A stretch of DNA of 64,000 nucleotides. Origin: an uncultured Gammaproteobacteria bacterium (lineage in GTDB: Bacteria; Patescibacteriota; Microgenomatia; Woykebacterales; RBG-16-39-9b). A program made the translations under genes and the position numbers. This document shows positions 57,538 to 64,000 of this stretch, piece after piece. Where the stretch lies: contig CAYIWY010000002.1 in NCBI GenBank assembly GCA_964367355.1, forward strand, positions 7,296 to 71,295, written 5' to 3'. The notes beneath the pieces were generated by a model. That model made no database searches and was not told where the DNA came from. It worked only from the letters and a program-made list of their open reading frames with translations. How positions within the stretch are numbered: position 1 is the stretch's first letter; every line of letters starts with the position of its first letter.

Positions 57538-58461
57538 ATGAAAACCAAAAACCTTGCCGTTGTTGCCCTTTTAACTACAGCTATAATCTGGGGAATTACT
57601 CTGCCTTTAATGAAGGTTAACCTAGACACAATGCCTCCCTTGACAATTGCTTTCCTGCGTTTTTCCCTAGCAGCAACCATTGCACTATCTTTTGGCGGAT
57701 TCGACAAGCTCAAGTTTAAGGATTTTTTACATATTGGTTTTTATTCTTTTTTTGGAATCACACTTAGTATTGGTTTGCTGCTTATTGGTTTAAATATGAC
57801 AACCGCAATCAACGCTACAATTCTACTTACTTTAAGTCCAATTATTACCTCGATTTTAGCAGCTTTTACGCTTAAGGAAAAAATAAATTCAATGCACGCT
57901 CTCGGTATTTTTCTCGCTTTTCTTGGGGTTTTTATATATTTGGTGGTTCCCGAGATAATCTCACAAAAATTTTCAAGGATTAATGTGCTTGGAGATTTAT
58001 TGATTTTGTTAGCAGTTTTATCGGCAGCAATTTTTACAATCGGCTCAAAAAAACTCATTGCCAGCTACCATCCGGGATCAATTAGTAGCGTCTCTTTCCT
58101 AGTGGGTGCAATCTGCTTTCTACCGGCAGCCTTTTTTGAATATATCCAAAACCCATACTGGGTCAACCATATTTCCTGGTTCAATATTTTTTCTTTAATT
58201 TTCTTAGGTGTTTTTTCTTCTTTCATTGCCTACAGCGCTTTGGAATGGGCCTTGTCAAAAGTTGATGTCCATGTTGACGTCACTATCGGATACCTGTCCA
58301 CATTAATTGCAATCTTAATCGCAACAACTTTTCTTCATGAAAAAATTTACTTCACAACTTTCATTTTAAGCTCAATATTGGTTGGTAGCGGAATTTTACT
58401 AGTCTCCAAAAACAAACCTCCAGGTCTTCATTTCCACCGACGAATCCATCATAATACCTAG
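57538..58461 (+). CDS. EamA-family (DMT superfamily) transporter
   Basis: 10 TM helices in two duplicated 5-TM halves. Confidence 0.8.
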   Translation: MKTKNLAVVALLTTAIIWGITLPLMKVNLDTMPPLTIAFLRFSLAATIALSFGGFDKLKFKDFLHIGFYSFFGITLSIGLLLIGLNMTTAINATILLTLSPIITSILAAFTLKEKINSMHALGIFLAFLGVFIYLVVPEIISQKFSRINVLGDLLILLAVLSAAIFTIGSKKLIASYHPGSISSVSFLVGAICFLPAAFFEYIQNPYWVNHISWFNIFSLIFLGVFSSFIAYSALEWALSKVDVHVDVTIGYLSTLIAILIATTFLHEKIYFTTFILSSILVGSGILLVSKNKPPGLHFHRRIHHNT

Positions 58462-58491
58462 TCTAAGCTCAAGCAGCCTTGTCAACCAATT

Positions 58492-58935
58492 TTGAATATG
58501 TTAATATGCTTTTCGCTTATGCAAGATCCAATACAAGTCGAGACAAAAGAAGAAGTGACAACTGAAGTCGAGGATAACGAAACTCCAGTTGAGAAACCCA
58601 ATCCGCCAGCTGGCGGAGAAAAAAAGTCAGCCGCTAAATCAGTGGCGACTCAAATTGCGTACTTTGCGGAAGCTAGAGTAACCTGTGCTTGCGGTAATAA
58701 ATTTACCACTGGTTCAACTAAAGAAGAGATCCGAGTCGAGATTTGCAACAGCTGTCATCCTTTCTTTACCGGACAGGAAAAATTTGTTGATACTGAAGGT
58801 CGGGTTGAGCGCTTCAAACGTATGGAAGACGCTAAAAAGGAAACCAAAACCAAAAAAGACGTCGAAAGAAAAGAAGACCAACCAAAAACTCTCAAAGAAA
58901 TGCTAATGTCACTTAACGACAAGAAATCATCTTAA
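58492..58935 (+). CDS. rpmE: Ribosomal protein L31 with N- and C-terminal extensions
   Basis: …[14 protein letters not shown]…[29 protein letters not shown]. The core L31 is about 70 aa and this ORF is 138-147 aa. Start ambiguous (58492 or 58519). Confidence 0.7.
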   Translation: MNMLICFSLMQDPIQVETKEEVTTEVEDNETPVEKPNPPAGGEKKSAAKSVATQIAYFAEARVTCACGNKFTTGSTKEEIRVEICNSCHPFFTGQEKFVDTEGRVERFKRMEDAKKETKTKKDVERKEDQPKTLKEMLMSLNDKKSS

Positions 58936-58979
58936 CTATTCCCTTTCCCTTTTAAACTAACCTGCTGTAAAATTTACTT

Positions 58980-59915
58980 ATGGATTATCTCAAAACTCAA
59001 ATTGAGGAACTCGAGAAAAAAATCGAGGAAACTAGAAAACTTTTAACCGATCCGGATTTAGCTGACCTTGCTCAAGGCGAAATTGATAGTTTAAAAGAAC
59101 AGAAAGAATCTTTACTATCGCTAATTAACCAATCAAGTGAAAAACCTTCTGGTGACGGGAATGTTGACTCACACAATTGTATTGTCGAGATTCGCGCCGC
59201 AGCTGGTGGCGATGAAGCTGGTCTTTTTGCCGGCGTCCTCTACCGGATGTACACTCGCTTTGCCTCTAACAAAATTTGGAAGGTTGAGCAACTTTCGATA
59301 AATGAAGGTGGGATTGGTAATATTAAAGAAGTAATTTTCCGTGTAATTGGACGGGGGGCTTACGGACTTTTGAAGTTCGAAAGTGGCGTCCACCGCGTCC
59401 AGAGAGTTCCTGAGACCGAAAGCTCCGGTCGGGTTCATACCTCGACTACAACTGTCGCCGTACTACCTGAACTGGAAGATATTGATTTTCATATTAACGA
59501 AGTTGATATAAAAACCGATACCTTTCACGCCAGCGGTCATGGTGGACAAAGTGTTCAAAAAGTTGAGACCGCCGTTCGATTGACCCATATTCCAACCGGA
59601 ATTATTTCTACTTGTCAAACCGAGCGATCTCAATTTCAGAACAAAGAAAAGGCACTGGCGGTATTGCGGTCTAGAATTTATGAAGCGCAAGAATCCAAAG
59701 CTAATGCCGCTGTGGCCAAAGACCGTAAACTCCAAGTCGGAACTGGTGATCGCAGTGAAAAAATCCGCACTTACAACTACCCACAAGATCGAATTACTGA
59801 CCATCGGATCGGTAAAAATTGGCATAATATTGAAGTAATTTTAGAAGGAAATCTAGATACTCTACTTAACGATATTCAAAAAGCCGATACGCAAGATTCC
59901 TCTGAAAAAGATTAA
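58980..59915 (+). CDS. prfA: Peptide chain release factor 1
   Basis: GGQ motif (HASGHGGQSVQKVETAVRLTH). VPETESSGRVHTS (RF1-type PxT tripeptide region, not SPF). Confidence 0.85.
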   Translation: MDYLKTQIEELEKKIEETRKLLTDPDLADLAQGEIDSLKEQKESLLSLINQSSEKPSGDGNVDSHNCIVEIRAAAGGDEAGLFAGVLYRMYTRFASNKIWKVEQLSINEGGIGNIKEVIFRVIGRGAYGLLKFESGVHRVQRVPETESSGRVHTSTTTVAVLPELEDIDFHINEVDIKTDTFHASGHGGQSVQKVETAVRLTHIPTGIISTCQTERSQFQNKEKALAVLRSRIYEAQESKANAAVAKDRKLQVGTGDRSEKIRTYNYPQDRITDHRIGKNWHNIEVILEGNLDTLLNDIQKADTQDSSEKD

Positions 59916-59969
59916 GGGCCGCTCGGTGTTTCTCGCTTGACGCTCGAAATCCGTTTCAGCCCTATCCTT

Positions 59970-60395
59970 TCACTTCCCTTCTGAACACACCGTGTGTACA
60001 TCATCTGAAGTGAGTTCAAGGTCCCTGGGAGTGGGTGGAGCCCAACTGATCCGACGATTGATGAAGTCCTGGGTGAACATACTGCAAAGAACCTTATCAG
60101 CTTCAACCTTGAAGCGACGGTAGTCGGCCAAGTCGGAAGCCTTTAGGATTCCTGCAACGATCAACCCACTCGCGGTCCCGCAGTCAATGCTGAATCCAGC
60201 ACCGGCAGCGAGAACCTTGCTCCCTGTGACTTCTGTCCGTGGACAAGGGTCAGTAGTGGACGGAACGGCTGGAAATGATACACTCGGCATCACTTCAAAT
60301 GTCACGGCCGGCGCCGACTTCTTTGATTCCCCTCCGCAAGCCACTAAAGCCAACGAAACGAGAACCGCGACTGCGGTTAAAAGCAGCTTTTTCAC
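59970..60395 (-). CDS. Lipoprotein (lipobox LVAC), paralogue of 60579..61076
   Basis: Signal peptide ending ALVACGG. The C-terminal domain shares …LIVAGI…DY…WAPP…DV.T.CS.G with the next gene. Confidence 0.5.
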   Translation of the reverse strand: MKKLLLTAVAVLVSLALVACGGESKKSAPAVTFEVMPSVSFPAVPSTTDPCPRTEVTGSKVLAAGAGFSIDCGTASGLIVAGILKASDLADYRRFKVEADKVLCSMFTQDFINRRISWAPPTPRDLELTSDDVHTVCSEGK

Positions 60396-60463
60396 CTGAT
60401 TCCTCCTACTCTTTAACCAACTGGTGAATTAAACACATTATATCACTATAGGACTGTAAAGTC

Positions 60464-60563
60464 AAGTACTTCGTACTTGCATTTGAGGACAAAAGTTAAG
60501 TACTTCGTACTTGCATTTGAGGACAAAAGTTAAGTACTTCGTACTTGCATTTGAGGACAAAGT
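60464..60563. repeat. Tandem direct repeat, 3 x 34 bp (AAGTACTTCGTACTTGCATTTGAGGACAAAAGTT); each unit contains the palindrome AAGTAC-TTC-GTACTT
   Basis: Units at 60464-60497 and 60498-60531, with a third unit (2-nt deletion) at 60532-60563. Located upstream of the 59970..60395 gene. Confidence 0.8.
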
Positions 60564-60578
60564 AAAGCTGGGATTTAT

Positions 60579-61076
60579 TCAAAAGGAGCAGCCTGAGGTT
60601 CGTACGTCTTCGGGTTGAAGATCTTTCTTCAGCTCAAAGGGCGGCGCCCAAAGTAAAGCTAGATTACAGAGATTATCTGCTCCAAGAACGTGCAGCTGCT
60701 GTTCAAGTAAAAATTTCTTCTCGCGGTAATCATTAATATTTTTGGCTTGAGTAATTCCAGCCACAATCAAAGTAGTCTTTGGACCATAATCAATTGTAAT
60801 ATTGTGTTTTTTATCAATATACGGTAGCTTGTTTTTGATTTTATTGACCTCAGTATTTCTGAGTTTTGACTCTGCTAGCTTTTGTTTACTGTTGATATCT
60901 GGTAGAAATGGACTTATCTTTCCCGACTGTAATTTCTCTACAGCTGGTAATTTTTTTAAACTGCTTTCGAGACTTATGTCAACACCTCTTAGAATTAATA
61001 AATTAATTCCCAGTAAAGAGAGTCCAATAATTATTAGGGACACGGTTAGTATTTTTTGGTTGCTTAAATATTTCAT
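60579..61076 (-). CDS. Membrane-anchored paralogue of the upstream lipoprotein
   Basis: N-terminal TM/signal anchor. Conserved C-terminal domain (…LIVAGITQAKNINDYR…LLWAPPFEL…EDVRTSGCSF). Confidence 0.5.
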   Translation of the reverse strand: MKYLSNQKILTVSLIIIGLSLLGINLLILRGVDISLESSLKKLPAVEKLQSGKISPFLPDINSKQKLAESKLRNTEVNKIKNKLPYIDKKHNITIDYGPKTTLIVAGITQAKNINDYREKKFLLEQQLHVLGADNLCNLALLWAPPFELKKDLQPEDVRTSGCSF

Positions 61077-61082
61077 TTTAGT

Positions 61083-64000
61083 TTAGCAATACCCTGGATA
61101 GGCTATTTTGAAACCACCCCACTCACAGTGGTTACCTGCTTTAAATTTAACTACTGCAGCTTCTACCTGAGAATACGGATTCCAGGCTCCATTATCAATG
61201 TTGACACCGTTTGTAGTTTCATAATCATAATACTTGCCGTTATATGGACTGACTAAGGGATCCTCACTGTTTGTATCTCTGCCTGGTATTTTCCAACAGC
61301 CATTCCAACCATTAATACTACCTTTATTGAAATAAGTTGTGCTTCCTGAACCACCATCCAAGCCTGCCACTTTTTTGCCGGTGCTATTCCAAGTCGGTGC
61401 CATAAACTGGAACACGCCAATTTCACCGTTACCACCAGCCGCACAAAGACCTTTATTTCTTTGTTGAAGATCATTTCCTGAGCTAAAGAGAGTCCCATCT
61501 TCATTTGAAACTGTATCCCACATAACCTTGGTCAGCGAAACTCCTGGCACTTTAGGATCAGCAATTTCAGCAGTTTGATTTGCAATGTAATTAGCAAGGT
61601 CATCCCAGGATCCGTCACCAGTTACACCTTTTGGAATAGAGGTGGTGGGCGCAATCGGACAGTCTTTTGTCCTAAAAGATTGGGTGTCACTAAAGTATGG
61701 GTAACCGTCACGATTGGTGTTCACCCGCCAATTGAAGGTAGTACTAGCTGGCAAATTAATTGTTGTATAAAAAGCTGTGTTTGGACTGAAAACGCTTGGA
61801 GTTGGGACAGAATTTGCAAAAGTTCCTGCCAAAAAGTTGTTGTCATATATTGAGTAGTCTAAAATTTGTGTTGGCAGAGATTTTGCACTTGTAAATAGTG
61901 TGCCTGACTTCCAGGCAATGTTAATTGTTCTAGACCTTCCATCGGGGCTGCACTCGCTTTGCGTGATGAGCTGATTCGCAGTCGTAGCTACTACTCCATC
62001 TTGATAACTACTAATATTAAAGCTTGCGATTGGTGAGAATAGTATATGAAAGATGTCACAACTTGGATTTGTACACGCAATAACCATCCAGTTCCAGTTA
62101 CCCTTAAACAGAGGGGCAGGAATATAATTTGGATTTATTGTTCCGTTTTGATCAGACTCCCAGTTCCAAGTACCATCAGAAGCGTTAAGTGGCGATAGAC
62201 AAAGCTTTGGATCAGTTGTCCCAGTACAAATTTTGGTAGAGACATCCTTAATCCAGTAACCTCCCTCATTGAAAGTGTTTATTTTATTACCTTCAGACTG
62301 TTTCAACAAAACACGGTAATGATCGATTGTTCCCACAGCTGGTTTAGCCGCAAGCCAAGATAAATGACCAGGTACGCTCGAAAAAGATACTCGAAGATCG
62401 CTTGGTGGGGATTGAACTAAAGTCCCCGCTACTGTAAAACTTGACTCAACAAAACCAGTAAGTGGGCAAGTTACCGTCGTACAAGACCAGACAAAATAGT
62501 AATACGTTTTTCCGGCAGTTAACATTAAAGGCTTGGCTCCAATATTCCCAACAGAATACCAATTAAGATCAGTCCAGTTTCGTACACAACTCGTTGTACT
62601 ACAATCAAGAGCACCTAGATAAGATTTCCAGAGCCGCGTAGCCGAGATCAGATCAGCGTGATTATCCGAAACCGCAAGTCCGTAGTAAGCCGCTTGAGAG
62701 TTCGGCTTCCAGACAAAGGATGGCTGGGGACTCTGATCAGGCCCAATTGGGGATTGCAAAGTTACGGCTATACTTGTAGCGCATAATTCTTTATTAAAGT
62801 TTGCGGGTGTACCAGTCTCTGTCGCTCCATCAGTTTTTGCATAAGTTACATCAAATACTTCCCCTGCACTATTTTTGGCCCATACTCGCCAGAAATAGGT
62901 CTTGGCCGGAGAAAGGGCTAATACACGATTAACGGTCAGGGGTGTTGATGTGAAATTGTCCTTCCAATCCCCACCAACTCGATCACCTGTCAGGCTTAAC
63001 TGGGTTCCGGAAACAACTTTATTGGCAAAACCAGCAAAATTACTACTTTCCGACACGTCAACTGCATACGAAGCAGCATTAGTTCCCTTCCAACTAAAGC
63101 GCAGCCCACTTCCCCAAATTACTCCGTTGGTTCCGCAAATTAGTGCTTTTATGTTTGTATTTAAACTATAAGGCTGGGACGGTTTTGTTGCGGTAGTTGG
63201 AGTAGAAAGCGGTGGCTTATCCAATTGATCGATTACGCTATAAACTTCCCCAGCAGAATTTTTTGCCCAAACCCACCAATAATAGGTTGTAGTTTCCGCC
63301 AAATTTAGTTTACCAGCGTTGTTATAATCAACTGTCCCCTTGGTAACCCACCCACTATCACCATAAGTAAAGTAAAACCCAGTATCTCGTGTGAGGGCTA
63401 CTGGCATAGTTTTTTTAACATAATTGGTCGTAAAAGTCTTGTCGGAAGATATCAAAATATTAAACTCAGTTGTACTACTCCCGTTCCAGGAAAATTTATG
63501 AGTTGCTCCCCATCTACCTGATGGTACGGAAAGAAGTGCATCCGTATCAACCAAAGAAGTCGGGCTCGCCGGCTTAGCAGCGACCGGAATAAGTGGTGGT
63601 TTAGTTATTTTTAGATTTGGGATTGACGTACCTGTTTGGGGAATATTATATATTGCACCTCCAATATTTTTAGCATAGACTCGCCAATAGTAAGTTGTCC
63701 CTTCCTGCAAGGCTAGTTGCCCATTAGCTGAATAAGTCGCGGTTCCTTGGTTGATCCAACCACTATCCCCCAACACTGAGTAAGTCGCTAAAGCATCAGC
63801 TTTGGTAACATTGAGTATCCGATTAACGAAGTGTCCGCTGGCAAAGTTCTGATCCGAAGAAATATCAACTGCAAACTGATCAGCATTTGCTCCGGTCCAT
63901 TGGAACTTATGGGTTGTTCCCCAAACACCTGAAGGTACGCTAGTTTGTGAATCAGAATCTACAAGAGCCGCGACTGAGGGTAAGGAGGCTATAGGTGGTG
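61083..64000 (-). CDS. Giant repeat-containing surface protein with C-terminal lytic-transglycosylase-like domain (5' end beyond the window)
   Basis: Repeated roughly 100-aa modules carrying …TYYW(R/W)VWAKNSAGE… (FN3/PKD-like). The C-terminus GVFQFMAPTW resembles an SLT-domain motif. The frame stays open past the GTG at 63776, to the window edge. Confidence 0.6.
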   Translation of the reverse strand, partial: PPIASLPSVAALVDSDSQTSVPSGVWGTTHKFQWTGANADQFAVDISSDQNFASGHFVNRILNVTKADALATYSVLGDSGWINQGTATYSANGQLALQEGTTYYWRVYAKNIGGAIYNIPQTGTSIPNLKITKPPLIPVAAKPASPTSLVDTDALLSVPSGRWGATHKFSWNGSSTTEFNILISSDKTFTTNYVKKTMPVALTRDTGFYFTYGDSGWVTKGTVDYNNAGKLNLAETTTYYWWVWAKNSAGEVYSVIDQLDKPPLSTPTTATKPSQPYSLNTNIKALICGTNGVIWGSGLRFSWKGTNAASYAVDVSESSNFAGFANKVVSGTQLSLTGDRVGGDWKDNFTSTPLTVNRVLALSPAKTYFWRVWAKNSAGEVFDVTYAKTDGATETGTPANFNKELCATSIAVTLQSPIGPDQSPQPSFVWKPNSQAAYYGLAVSDNHADLISATRLWKSYLGALDCSTTSCVRNWTDLNWYSVGNIGAKPLMLTAGKTYYYFVWSCTTVTCPLTGFVESSFTVAGTLVQSPPSDLRVSFSSVPGHLSWLAAKPAVGTIDHYRVLLKQSEGNKINTFNEGGYWIKDVSTKICTGTTDPKLCLSPLNASDGTWNWESDQNGTINPNYIPAPLFKGNWNWMVIACTNPSCDIFHILFSPIASFNISSYQDGVVATTANQLITQSECSPDGRSRTINIAWKSGTLFTSAKSLPTQILDYSIYDNNFLAGTFANSVPTPSVFSPNTAFYTTINLPASTTFNWRVNTNRDGYPYFSDTQSFRTKDCPIAPTTSIPKGVTGDGSWDDLANYIANQTAEIADPKVPGVSLTKVMWDTVSNEDGTLFSSGNDLQQRNKGLCAAGGNGEIGVFQFMAPTWNSTGKKVAGLDGGSGSTTYFNKGSINGWNGCWKIPGRDTNSEDPLVSPYNGKYYDYETTNGVNIDNGAWNPYSQVEAAVVKFKAGNHCEWGGFKIAYPGYC

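Noticed and set aside
60464-60563. CRISPR array.
   Set aside because: Only three units, directly abutting with no unique spacers. No cas genes nearby.

Overview
Likely a reduced-genome bacterium: core genes are AT-rich (roughly 38% GC by eye) and use strong AAGGAG/GGAGG ribosome-binding sites. Many proteins are small, membrane-anchored or low-complexity. There are giant surface proteins with repeated domains and almost no biosynthetic genes. I infer, with low-to-moderate confidence, that this is a Patescibacteria/CPR-like lineage. The genetic code is standard; TAG and TGA are both used as stops.

Recognisable housekeeping genes:
- heavy-metal P-type ATPase
- ribosome hibernation factor (HPF)
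- membrane-anchored ClpC-like AAA+ ATPase
- RarA, interrupted by an in-frame amber codon
- NUDIX hydrolase
- lexA
- peptidase S51
- ruvC and yebC
- Kef-type K+/H+ antiporter
- rluD, a CheY-like receiver, DksA/TraR and lgt
- MFS transporter, pepA, an M24 aminopeptidase and efp
- tRNA-Leu(CAA)
- dnaB and an MBL-fold hydrolase
- hisS, an EamA transporter, rpmE (L31) and prfA

Main anomalies:
1. 8.7-19.9 kb: a string of small genes with elevated GC (roughly 50%) and no known function. Each has its own promoter, SD and terminator, and they share repeated terminator-promoter modules and palindromic motifs.
2. 27.5-33.7 kb: an orphan VirD4/TraD-like coupling-protein ATPase (990 aa) with unknown membrane partners.
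3. 50.2-54.3 kb: a GC-elevated four-gene block whose core is a GHKL (Bergerat-fold) ATPase translationally coupled to an HTH-like protein. This is the best candidate for an undescribed accessory or defence-like module.
4. 22.0-23.9 kb: a 1.9-kb gene-free tract between convergent genes.
5. 26.3-26.5 kb, with a partial copy at 20.0 kb: dispersed GAGCGCGAAGCGATC-containing repeats.
6. 60.46-60.56 kb: three tandem copies of a 34-bp palindromic unit.

The window ends inside a giant repeat protein of more than 900 aa with a C-terminal lytic-transglycosylase-like domain.
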